The notes under the pieces: generated by a model | Told to the model about the DNA's origin: nothing | The model's database searches: none | Seen by the model: the letters and a program-made list of their open reading frames with translations, nothing else | Assembly (NCBI GenBank): GCA_022813965.1 | Contig: JALDZS010000041.1 | Location: 62,001-126,000, forward strand | DNA: 64,000 nt | DNA from: Toensbergia leucococca | Lineage: Eukaryota | Direction: 5' to 3' | Translations under genes and position numbers: made by a program | In this document: piece by piece, positions 24,606 through 36,453 of the stretch | Layout: the number at the start of each line of letters is the position of its first letter | Position numbering within the stretch: the stretch's first letter is position 1

Positions 24606-26242
24606 ATGATGCAGAACCCAGACTCCGAAAAATGCATCGAGACACAAGCAACTGTCAGCAGTGAACCTCATGTAGACCTCAAGAGGTCTTTAGACGGCAT
24701 CATACTCATTCCGCAACCAACGGATGATCCACTAGACCCATTGGACTGGCCGCAGTGGAAGAAGCTAATGACTCTAATCGTTGTCTCTATCGCCTCATCC
24801 ACCGGTTATGCTCAAGCCACTGCAAATCAGTCCGGATACTTTCAGCAGGCAGCTGTTTATGGGAAAACAGCCACGGAGATCTCCTACGGTGTAAGGATGG
24901 ATATATTCCCTTGATCCCCGGCCATTCTTAGCTGACATCCTTTCAGGGTAGTGCAGCAGTAGTAGGACTGGCCACTGGACCTCTTCTTTGGGCAACTCTT
25001 GCTCTAAAAATTGGTCGAAGCTCCTGTATCTTGTGGGGAATGGTTGGTTGCTTAGCATGTGATATCTGGGCTGCATTGATGACTGAGAGATCGAATTATA
25101 CAGCCTTTGTCATCTCTAGGTGGCTTGGGTGTACCTTTGGCTGTGTTGCAGCGACCCTTGGTGGTGGAACTATAATTGACATTTATTTCTTACACCAAAG
25201 GGGCAAGGCATTTAATTTTTTCTTCATCCTGACCCTGCTTGGTATCTATGCCGGACCCACCTTCAGTGGTTTCATTGTTGCCAGTGCGCCCTGGCCTGTT
25301 CAGTATTGGTGGACAGTCGGAGCTGGATGTGCTACCGTTGTACTCATCTTTTTATTTCTCGAGGAAACGGGCTTCAATCGTGATGGTAAATCATCTTTTC
25401 CGCGTCAACCTCCGTCATGGCTTGCAAATCGGCTGGCAAACTTCTTTCCCGGCCACAAGGTTGTTCCTCACCTGAGTAGCACTGAATTCACTCGACGTAT
25501 TACTAGCATGTTCCTGATCAGCGTGTGTCCGGTAACGGTCCTAGCTGGTGGGTTCCTTTCCATTGCCTTTGGTTTTACTGTGGGAACCTCTATTGTACTG
25601 TCCATCTTCCTGGAGAGTCCCAAATCCCAAGGTGGCTATAATTTTACGCCATCGCAGTATGCCGCCTTTAACATAAACACTTGGATAAGCTGTGTCGCTG
25701 CTCAGATTTTTGGTTATTTTATGAATGATCGCCTGCCAGTATGGATTGCTAATCGCCGTGAGGGTATCTGGGAGCCCGAATACCGCCTTTACTCCCTTTG
25801 GGTCCCTGCAGGATTGATTCTACCTATTGGTTTCGGAGTCTTCGGCGCGTCTCTTGAGTACCACCTTCATTATATGGTGTTAGCGTTGGCTTCTTTTCTG
25901 ATATTTCTCGCGGGCACGGCACTCGTTCCTATCGTGGTAAATTATGTAGTTGAGTGCTTCCCAGAGCACGCAGTCGAGGCAAATACGATCATGGCTTTCT
26001 ACCGGGTTATCTTTGGCCTTTTCATTCCCTTTTTCATCACTGAGTGGGAAGCCGAGGTTGGTGTCGGCTGGGTGTTTGGTATGATGGCTTTCTTCTCTCT
26101 CATGGCATTTGGGTTCACTTTTGTCCTGATGTGGAAAGGTCGGGCTTTCCGGTCCCTTTCCTTCAAGAGTCTCGGGGTCTCAGAAGCTGGAAAGAGCTTG
26201 ATTAATAAGTCGTTGTCAAACGAAGCCGAGATTCCGCGGTGA
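24606..26242 (+). CDS. MFS transporter, 2 exons
   Basis: LIPQPTDDPLDPLDWPQWKK, IIDIYFLHQRG, LEETGFNR, WEPEYRL; about 12 hydrophobic segments. Confidence 0.9.
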
Positions 26243-27209
26243 CTTGGACATTGGGAGAGAATTCCAGACTCATGGTATTCGCCAGTCAAATGATAGGACG
26301 ATATCTCGACGCGCAATTTCTTTGAAGAGATTCGCTACAATAGATTTGAGCCCACAACTGAAAAGATAGATGATCAAAAAAAGCAAGATTACAGATTGTC
26401 TTTCAATAGACGTCATAATCAGCAGAAGAATGAGATGCTTCGGTTGAATGATCAGTCTCAAGGTTGAGTGGTGCAGATTTTGTAATCGATAAGGGATAGG
26501 CCGGAAGGCAACGTTGTAGATGAGCAAAAAAAATAAGCTGAGGGGGCAGAGAGGTCTATTTTTGAGGTTATTTGGAGTGGGGAAGAGAGGTGTTTGGATA
26601 GGCAAGGCTAGGTCAAATAGATGTAATTTAGCTGTACTTTAGAACATGGCGTGAAGATGACTCGGATGATTCATCTTCAATACTGAATAGGGGTGTGTCT
26701 CTCCATCGTCCCCATGGTTGACTTTTTCTTTGGCTAAGATCAGGAAAGCGAAGAAGCTTGGGTGTAATCAACTTTAACCAACGGATTCACAACAAGATCC
26801 CTTGGCTTAGAGCGGAGGTGCTATGCTTGAGCTTTTCGACTTCGAAGACGATACAGAGAGATCGGGCAATGTACTCGAATCACTAGTACAAGTCGTTTCG
26901 AGAAAGAATTTATATGTTGAAAAGTCACCCAATCAAGCGTCTATGCATCACAGCGGAATTCTTCATCATAGGAAAGGCTTCATTGGTTAAATTAAACAAA
27001 GCTCGCACTTCTATTTCTCAATCCTACCTAATTCACTACCAAAGTAAGCATGCGCTCCCTCACTGAGAACCAGCTCATCCACCCCTTCCCTAATTGCCTC
27101 CATCGAGCCAACCCGAAAGCACCACTCCACCTGAATGACTGAACAGAACATGCACGTGAACAAAACCCACGTCCCTTCATCACACCGCAACTATCCCAAT
27201 CATCTTGCC

Positions 27210-27392
27210 CTAAGCACCGACAAAGCGTTTGTAACAGGCTCCGCATCTCAAGTGCAAGCAATTGTTATTGGTACACACCAAAAGCGGCTTCTTGAGTGGG
27301 GATCCGCATTGGCAACAGTTATAATAGACAACAGTCGTGGTCCCAGTAGAACCTACCGTGTTCGAGCCGGAGGTTTCCGCGTTACCCGGCAA
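27210..27392 (-). CDS. Small Cys-rich putative zinc-binding protein or terminal exon (5' end unresolved)
   Basis: YYNCCQCG...CTNNNCLHLRCGAC pattern. No ATG in frame; possible acceptor ttttctacctag just upstream. Confidence 0.4.
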   Translation of the reverse strand: MPGNAETSGSNTVGSTGTTTVVYYNCCQCGSPLKKPLLVCTNNNCLHLRCGACYKRFVGA

Positions 27393-27804
27393 TTTGGAGC
27401 AAGGTGCAGTGCTGGACTAGGTAGAAAATGGGCCGTATGGGTTGTTGTCTCTCTGCTGGTTCGTATTCAGCTTTCGAGAGGATTCCGGTCGAATGTAGAG
27501 GATATGATTTTCTGGACTGATGACCTTGATGGCTGTACAATTCGTTTGGAAAAATTGACAAAGACGAAAGGGTGTGATGTGTAGAAGCGAAAGATGAGAG
27601 CTCGAGAAGGAGGATTATATACTGAGTCAAGAACAGGGCTAACAACAAATAGACTCAGTCCACTCGGTCAATCGATGTTGTGAATACAACAAATTGAATC
27701 TTTTACATGAGTCTTGATCCTGGGGGGATCTTAAATAAGCAGTGGAAGATGGATCTTTCAAGAAAAAGTATTATTACCCGCCCTGTATCGAACATAGAGG
27801 CACC

Positions 27805-28547
27805 ATGGTCTTCGTCACGGATGATCCGATGGATCCTCGCAGCCACGAGCATCGCCGACGTTGCTATAAAGCTCGAGATGAAACCGTCTATTTGCATAAA
27901 GGAACGCCGTATCCATCTTGGGCGATTTATCTCCACCTCATGCACCAGCCTGAGCGCGGCTTCGACAACATGGATAGGAACAAGACTCAATACGCAGCCG
28001 CAACAGACTTGGTAGACTTCCTCCATCCTCGCAACAGACTCGGGTCTTTTGGACTTGATCGTCTAAACGCAAATATACGTACTCCAGGCTGGGGTCCTGA
28101 CATTGTGGTCAAAGCATTCCACGACTTAGACAAGGTCTTCTTCCAAGGGCGATTGGAGGGTAGAGTCACTATAAAATGGAAAAAGGCAAAGTTTTTCAAA
28201 TATGATAGTAGTAAGGGCAAGACTTATGGTAGTACATGGTCGAAAGCACCGCGAGGAGCCCAAATTTTCTTAAATGCCGACGCTATTTTTCTAGACCAAA
28301 CCTCTGATCCTTTCAAGGACATGTGGGGGACTCTACTCCACGAAATGATCGTAAGTAGATTACTGCAATTTATCATTCTCTCTCTACCTCAGGACTTACT
28401 AATGGTTATCGTGATAAGCATGCATATTTCGATGTCATGTGCGGCATCGGAGAGGGATCAGATCATCACGGCGAGGATTTTCAGAGAATTTTTCGAGCTC
28501 TCAATATACGTACAGGACCACTGATAGGGGTCGAAGCTCTCCAGTAA
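27805..28547 (+). CDS. SprT-like zinc metallopeptidase domain protein, 2 exons
   Basis: DLDKVFFQGRL..V.IKW, TLLHEMI|HAYF...HHGEDF after removing intron 28351-28418; ATG in CACCATGG context. Confidence 0.75.
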
Positions 28548-29768
28548 CAGAATATTTCAACGCGTCCAGCGGCGGAATACTGAGCCATGAGATATGTAGC
28601 CTGAAAGGGGTTGGCGAGGGTGAGAACCATGATAGTGAACTCATGTATATTTTTGGTCAGTCTGTACATAGCACTAAGCCCGTGCTCAATCTTGAATGCT
28701 ATCAATTTATCAGCACCAAGAAATGCTCCCAATCATTAGGTCGAGATTCTTGGTCACGAGGACTCGCTCTGTTGAGGAAAGTAAAGCTCGAAAAGGGGGC
28801 AACAGAGACGAAATCCGAGACTTTGGAGCGTTGAGTTGGAGTAGGAACGGTGCCTACAACTTTCGGCCGTTTTGGAAGCCCGGAAGCATGCCTATTATAT
28901 GACACGTCAATATTTTCTCATATCCTTGTCTAGAAAACTCAATCATGGTAAGAAGCAATTCGTTCTCTTAGACTAAGAATCTAGTTCAGGTAATTTTCAG
29001 CTTTGTAGTAAATTATCAGGAGTTGTGCCAGCGAGTTCGACTTGACGGAAACATCGAGAGACGATTTTTCGATACGCATCCCACAAGCAACGGAGTGGGA
29101 GACTTAGGAAGGTAACGTCTTTTTCTTAGTAGCGAGAATCAATACCTGTGTTAGGTTCTTCGGATTTCGAAATGCCTTGATGGATGTATAATTAAGTAGA
29201 CTGTTGAAGTTTCTCGCATTTCCCACCTAACAAACGGCGATGGAAAACAGGAGCTGAATTATCATTGGGCCCAGTAACCAAGACATGAGCAACGCTGTCG
29301 GAAGCGGAGACGGGGCTCTGAACTTCGATTGTATGCTCCCACCTTGACCTGCATACCGGGACCCTAATAAACGGCCCGTTCAAGCGAAAGAAGCTTGGTG
29401 AGCATGATCTTCAGGAGACATGCAGATGTGTAATCCTGAGGTTGATGCAAGTCTCAAGAGCTCGTATTGGGCGCACAACGCGTGGTGCAATTCTAAAGCT
29501 AGTGATTGGTGCGCCTCGTGTGAAAGCGTGCTCTCGTCACCTGCACGTCTCGGTCGCTTTGACAGCTCGACGGCTCGAATCCTAGGGCCGGTAGTCCATC
29601 TGCTTCATGTCTTGGAAGCATGCTGAACGACACCATCAACTAACATGCGAGAGGCCGCCAGCCGTTTGATATCAGCGTGTTGGAAAGGCATATAGTAAAG
29701 TCTAGGCCGAGGGACCTTTTCGTGCTTGTTCTCTTCGATCTCGATAACCATACGAATAAACAATTACA

Positions 29769-30326
29769 ATGTCAGAAGAGCAACTCTCAAATCTTCCCAA
29801 ACTGACCAAATTCGTCACCTCGCATAACCGAGCAGCAAGAGCCGTCGTCCACTCTCATACGGATTTTGCCTGGCAGCATCTCGACGAGGACAAAATGGCC
29901 TTTAGCGTTGTGTATTCTACCTCTTCGTTTCCCGCCGTACTGTCTGACGACGCCGACATCATCTCTCATGATAAGCTTATTGCAAAAGGCACTGCCTTGG
30001 TCAACCCCAATGGCACTATTCTCCGCTACGTAGACTTTGCGCCCGGATACACGTGTGCAATGCATAGGACGAAGAGTTTGGATTATGGGATTGTGCTGGA
30101 AGGGGAGCTAGAAATGATACTGGATTCGGGCGAGATTGGAGTGATGAAACGAGGAGATGTGGCGATACAACGGGCTGCTATGCATTCGTGGAGGAATAGG
30201 TCAAAAACTGAATGGGCGAGGATGATATTCGTCCTGCAGGACTGCGAAACCCCAATCGTTGCAGGAAAGCCAATGATTGAAGACTTGGGAAGGGCACTGG
30301 AATTTCTCCCTTCCTGGGGCATCTGA
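29769..30326 (+). CDS. Cupin-domain protein
   Basis: DFAPG...MHRTKSLDYGIVLEGE...GDVAIQRAAMHSWRN cupin motifs. Confidence 0.9.
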   Translation: MSEEQLSNLPKLTKFVTSHNRAARAVVHSHTDFAWQHLDEDKMAFSVVYSTSSFPAVLSDDADIISHDKLIAKGTALVNPNGTILRYVDFAPGYTCAMHRTKSLDYGIVLEGELEMILDSGEIGVMKRGDVAIQRAAMHSWRNRSKTEWARMIFVLQDCETPIVAGKPMIEDLGRALEFLPSWGI

Positions 30327-31321
30327 ACGAGGCTTGAAGGATTACTCTGCAGCCGTGCCAGCAGTCTTCCTCATTAATTCGCGGTCCACTAAGCCCAGGC
30401 TTTCTCAGGACACGACAAAGGAAGAGACGCCGTGGCTACCAGGCAACGATGCAGGTTCGCTAAGCAGTTCTGTCGATCAATACGGAAAAAGCCGCGTTCA
30501 GGTAGATGGATGAACAACACGACAAAGACTGACCTCACATCCACGCCTCCAGCTTTAGATCAATTGACTCTATTGCAAGCTGTCTGCTAAGACCTGCTGT
30601 GTCACCTTCGTATCATGACTACTCCCAGATTGTGCAATCTTCTCATTGAGCATCGGCATTTCTGTAAGCGTCTGCCTGCATGGGGAGGCTTATTTGATTG
30701 CCATATTTAAAGAGATCAGACGCACTCATGGGCGAATGGAAACAGAGCTCGGTCGCACTATCGGTGCTGTAGCAGGATGCCGGGATCGTTCATCACACGC
30801 AAAAGTTGCGGAACGTCTTCGTTCACATAATTGGTCCCCAAAAGCATCAAGAAGGACGAGAAAAAATCTCATTACAGGGCGGACAGTTTGCACGAAAAAC
30901 TTATTGCCAGCATTTTGTAATGTCCTAAAGCTTGGTTCGTTCTTCGCTGAGCGGTCCCGGCTGCTTAGAACCCTAAATGTATTAAGCATAGCAGCCATCT
31001 TTGAGTCGGTGCGGACTACATTATTGGCACTGGTGCTGAGAAAGGCAATATCTAGAAACCGTGTTGATGTGACGAGCGAGCCTGGGTCAGTGATCGAGGA
31101 AGAGCGGCGTCATAGTCTGATATCTAATATCAAGAGTATCAGCATGGATGTAATATGGCTATTAGAGAATGTAGTAAGCAATACTGATTGGCGGGGGTGA
31201 ATAAGTTCTCCATTCTAATCCAATCCTCATCCAGGCACTCGGCCTTCAGTATTCCACACAATCTTATACGATGTGTTACGTTCCCCGCCGTTGATCACCT
31301 GAACGTATGTGGGATCAGAGA

Positions 31322-33013
31322 TCAGAAATGTTCCATGACACGAGCAATCTCGAAAATTGACTCCTCATCACCATACTGAGCGATTATTTGCATGCCGGTG
31401 GTCACAGGGCCCTGGTCGTCCAACTGATATCCAGGCCTGCTTATAGATACAGGCACGCTCATAGCTGGTAGACCTGCAAGACTCGCTGGCACAGTCAAAA
31501 CATCATCGCTGTAATTTTGCATGGATCGGCGATCCATAATTGAAGCAAGCTTCGGTGGTAGAGTAGGTCCGGTCGGCGATAGCAAAACATCGACTCCTCC
31601 ACTTTCGGAAGTCTCTTTAGCATCCACTAGAAGAGGATTGCGTAAGCTGAAGACATTGTCGAAATCTTGTTGGACCAACCGACGCACTTTCTGTGCCTTT
31701 ATAAAATAATTGTCGATAGCAGCAGCACTCAAGCTATAAGCACCCAGCAAAATTCTCTTTTTGACCTCTTCCCCAAGACCGGCGCCTCTTGTAGTTGCAT
31801 ACAGAACATTACCCTTACCTTCACGCTCAGAAGAATGCTTACCGTAGCGTACGCCGTCATACTTGGCGAGATTCGAAGACGCCTCTGCTGGTGCAATAAT
31901 ATAATAGGCTGATAATGCTAGATTTGTGGCCGGCAATGACACTTGATGAATGGAGTGACCGATATCTTGGAGACGTTGTAATGCAAGCACCCAGGCATTG
32001 CGGACTGTGGGCTCCAGTTCTTTGGTGTTGTGTTGTCGTGGTATGCCGATTCGGAACCGGCGCATTCTGGGTCGAGTCTCGAGCTGCTTAGCAATCTTTG
32101 AGCGAGTGCTGATCGGTACAGAAGTAGGGTCACGAGCATCGTATCCGTTGATGATGTCTAACAGCAAAAGTCAGTCGGTCTATAACGTTAAAATACTTCA
32201 AACTACTCACTAAACACATTTTCTACATCTTGACTATGCGAAGCTAGCACACCAACCGTGTCGAGGGAATTGGCATAAGCTACGACTCCCCAGCGAGAAA
32301 CCATGCCGTAAGAAGGCTTGAACCCAACGATACCAGTGTAGGCCGCCGGAAGACGTACAGATCCGCCAGTATCCGTTCCGAGGGCCCTGTGAGAAGTTGA
32401 AGAGGACACCAAGACATATATGGGAATGGATGAAGGCCTACGCGTAACATTGTCCAGTAGCCACTGCTACAGCACTACCACCAGAGCTGCCACCAGCAGA
32501 CAATGGCGCTCCATCAATGTTATAAACATTCTGAACAGCACCGTATCGCGTGTTCGTGGAATGTGAGCTGTGCAGTGGGATCAACGGCATTTCCTTCTGT
32601 GTGAACATGGGAAGTGGCATACCCCATACCAAACTCATCTAGATTTGTCTTTCCAGCAATGACAGCCCCAGCAGCTTGAAGTTTATCGACAACTGTTGCA
32701 GCATAGGGGCTAATGAAACCATCTAATATGGCGGACGCGCATGTAGTCGGCTCTTCTAATGAACATATGTTGTCTTTAATGGCTATCAATCGTCCGTCAA
32801 TGGGAGATTTTGGCTCGCCTGATGGGATATGAGCAATCTATTCAAACAGAGCTCATGTGATACAGCAGCAATACCTCGAGATCGCCGGTCATCTGCTTCC
32901 TGTATCTTCTGACGGATCAGACGGTTGTCTTTGGCGGGTGGGATAAAGGCGTTGAGAGCCTTGAATGTCTGTTGATTTGCAAAACATCGTTCAGCATGCC
33001 GCAAGAGGGACAT
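31322..33013 (-). CDS. HER2: Mitochondrial glutamyl-tRNA(Gln) amidotransferase subunit A (amidase signature), multi-exon
   Basis: [60 protein letters not shown]. Confidence 0.93.
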
Positions 33014-33283
33014 GTGAGTTCGGACGTCGCATGAATTTGTGTGTAGAGGAGTCGCTTTGAATCATAAGTGGGTATTCTTTCCGTAAGATGGGGGCCATCT
33101 CTAGAGTCAAAACATCGCGGAAAGTTGCGTCATCGTGCCGCCGCCTAGCCATGGTCACTGTGTCAACTAGAATCACAACACGGCCTGACTCGCCTCGACA
33201 GCCTGGTATCTGTCTCTGGAGCTGGAGATGATTCTGCTCGAGGACAAGAGTCCAGACAAGACGCATCATCTCATACCTTCAGC

Positions 33284-35226
33284 ATGATTATCCGGTCAAC
33301 GCTAGGAGCTCTCGCTCTGTTGACCGCAGCTCGAGCCTCTCAACCTTCTGCACCTTCACCTTTAGCAGCACCATTGCGTGATTTGCCATGGGGTCAACTC
33401 AACTTCTTACATACAACTGATACGCATGGCTGGCATGCTGGTCATCTCTTAGAGTAACTACTCTTACTCCGTTCTACGGACCTCTCACTGACCCTTAACC
33501 AAGGCCATCATTCAGCGCCGACTGGGGTGACTACATCTCCTTTGCTCAACATCTGCGAGCCAAGGCCGATGATGAAGGAGTCGATATCTTGCTCATAGAT
33601 ACTGGAGATAGGATAGAAGGTAACGGTCTCTATGATGCGTCAGATCCGAAGGGTAAATATACGGGCGATATATTCAAAGAGCAGGACATTGATATCATTT
33701 GCTCGGGGAACCATGAACTGTACAAGCAAAATTCGTCGGAGAATGAGTACCTAGTGACGGTGCCGAATTTTCAAGGAAACTATCTTGCTTCGAATCTCGA
33801 CATCTTTGATCCGGAGTCGGGGGAAAGAGTCCCTTTATCACAGCGATACAAGAAATTTACAACCAAGAACCAAGGAATTCGAGTCCTAGCTTTTGGCTTC
33901 TTGTTCGATTTCACTGGTAATTCAAACAATACTGTGGTACAGCCAGTGGCCGACACAATCAGGGAGAAGTGGTTTCAGGAAGCCATCCGTGACAGAGAAG
34001 TTGACCTTTTCTTAGTCACAGGGCATGTTGGCCTTCGGTCAAAAGAGTATGCAAACATATTCAAGGCAATCCGAGATGTACAATGGGATACGCCTATACA
34101 ATTCTTCGGCGGCCATACCCATATACGAGACTATGCGAAGTATGATGCCAAGGCCTATGCTCTAGAAAGTGGCCGCTACATGGAGACGATCGGCTTCATG
34201 TCCATCAAAGGTTTGAATACAGGAGGCAAAGACAAGTCTTGGTCAGAAACCTCCCCATCAGTACGATCCTCGCCTACATTTGCCCGTCGCTACATCGACA
34301 ATAATCTCTTCTCCTTCTACCACCACTCCAGCCTAAACAGCACGAACTTCCCAACCCAGCACGGCCGGAACGTCTCCAACATGATCTCTTCCGCCCGTAA
34401 AGCCCTCAAGCTTGACGCCCGCTTCGGCTGCTCCCCTTCCGACCTGTGGACCAATCGTGCACCATACCCAAGTAAAAAAAGCATCTTCACCTGGCTGCAG
34501 GAATCTGTGCTCCCAGAAACTATGAGCGATCCTAACCGCGGAGATATCTCACGGCTGGTCCTCATCAATACTGGCGCCATCCGCTTCGACATTTTCGAAG
34601 GCCCTTTCACGACAGACACCACCTTCACCATCTCTCCTTTCACCAGCACATTCCGTTTCCTGAAAGATGTCCCCTTCAGCGCCGCTTCTCGACTCCTTTC
34701 GCTCCTCAACAATGGGGGCCCAGTTTTCGCACACGTCTCTTCCAATCTCCAATCAGAAATGCTCGCCCCACCAGAGCAGATGATTATCCATCAAGACATC
34801 ATCGCGGAACCTACAATCGACTACAGTGCCACAACACAGCAGATTCTCCTCGCTGACAAACCCGATTTGACCCCTGGCTACACCACCAAAGATGACGCCG
34901 GCACAGATGGCGATGACACTCTCCACTCAGCAATATCCTTCTATCGTGTCCCCAACTGCATTGAAGTGCGCGTGGTCTTTCCTACATCGTCAGATTCCCC
35001 AAAAAGGCCCATTTCAAATGCCAACACGCATCTAGAAAAGGAGACAGCTGATCCTGAGACGGTGGATGTGGTCTTTGTGGACTTCATCCAGCCGTGGGTC
35101 TTGCTCGCGTTGCAATATCTGGGTCAGAGCTATGAGAGCGGGGATACGGGCGTGTATATGCCTGGGAGGGATCTGACCTCTGTAATTGAGGAGTGGGTGA
35201 AGGGGAATTGGGAGGGAGATTGTTGA
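33284..35226 (+). CDS. Secreted or vacuolar calcineurin-like metallophosphoesterase (5'-nucleotidase-like, YHR202W-type), 2 exons
   Basis: Signal peptide; [38 protein letters not shown]. Intron 33454-33503. Confidence 0.9.
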
Positions 35227-35924
35227 GGGATGGGAGGGAGAAGCTTTGAGGATGCATAGATTTGGATTTGGGATGGGGTTTGGGGCATCGTTGACTTGGG
35301 CACTTTGTTGTCCTGGGGTTTTTTTTGGGTTCTCTGGAGATGCTTTGTGGGATGGATCGTTGGGCGTAGGTAGCGTTTTCTTCAATTTGAGTTTATTGCC
35401 ATGGATATATGTTTGAAGCAGATTCGCGTGCTCTCGAAGTGTCATGGCCCTTTCCCCCCAATTCTCACTCTCCCTCCGTCACCACCTTTTTCCGCCACGC
35501 ACCTTTGGCCAGTTTGTACTTTGTTCACTGGATTTGAACTCTGTTTCGAATTGAATGTTTGCTGCGGCGTGGAGGCGGAGGCGGAGACGTAGGCGTAGGT
35601 GCAGAGTGACTCATTGCGTTTGGCTATCGAGGCTTGTTGATGGGGGGGGGAAGGGCGGAGGGCGGGGAGAGGGCGGGGAGAGGGCGGGGTTTGTGTGATA
35701 TGGATGGCTACCTTGGTTTGTAAGTTTTTTTCTATTTTGTTAAGGAGGGATTGTTGTTGGGGTCAGGACTTGTGGTTCTTTTATTGGTAGGGGGGCCGTC
35801 TGGGAGGGGAGGTGTTTGGGGCTTTTTTTTGGTGGTTGTGGTTATGGTTAGAGGAGGGGGGAGGGAGAGGGAGAGGGGAAGGGAGGGATGAACGGGGTTG
35901 GAGTGTTGTGGGTGGGGAGGTGTG

Positions 35925-35968
35925 CTCGTACGTTCCAGATATGAGTTCTCATATCTGGAACGTACGAG
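35925..35968. repeat. Perfect 21-bp-arm palindrome with 2-nt spacer
   Basis: CTCGTACGTTCCAGATATGAG-TT-CTCATATCTGGAACGTACGAG. Confidence 0.95.
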
Positions 35969-36453
35969 TATTGGCTACGGATTGCATTTTTTCGATGGAG
36001 GTTTGGATGTGGGAAAAGAGGGAGGGGAGGTCTTTCTCTTTGTGGGGAAGGGGGGAGGGAAAGGTGAGTCAGGATGGAGCGGGTGGTGCGAGCTGGTTGC
36101 TTCTTGGATGATGGTTTTGTAGGGTTTTTTGTTCCTTTTTTTTCTTTCGTAAGGTCGTGGTATAGATAGCGGTACACAATCATCGGAAGTAGCTGTCAAC
36201 TTGATCGGTGTTGATCAAGGAGCTCTCTCCCGGAATCTTCCTGTCTTAAATAGGAACACTCATGGCCTCCCAGCACTCCCAAAATCTTGGCCCTGGTCCC
36301 AGTATTTGTACATGCATACTCTCACTCTTCTACTCGTCATCCCGAATACCCGTTTTCATCTGTAGGATCCCTCGGGCGCGTGGCAGCAGGCTGGGGGACT
36401 CTGATGCAACTTTTCTTGGATGCAGAGCAGGTTTTTCGGAAGATAGTTCTAGA

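Noticed and set aside
30646..31200. 184-aa plus-strand ORF and overlapping minus-strand ORF
   Set aside because: Non-ATG start for the plus-strand ORF, no domain signal, no splice support.
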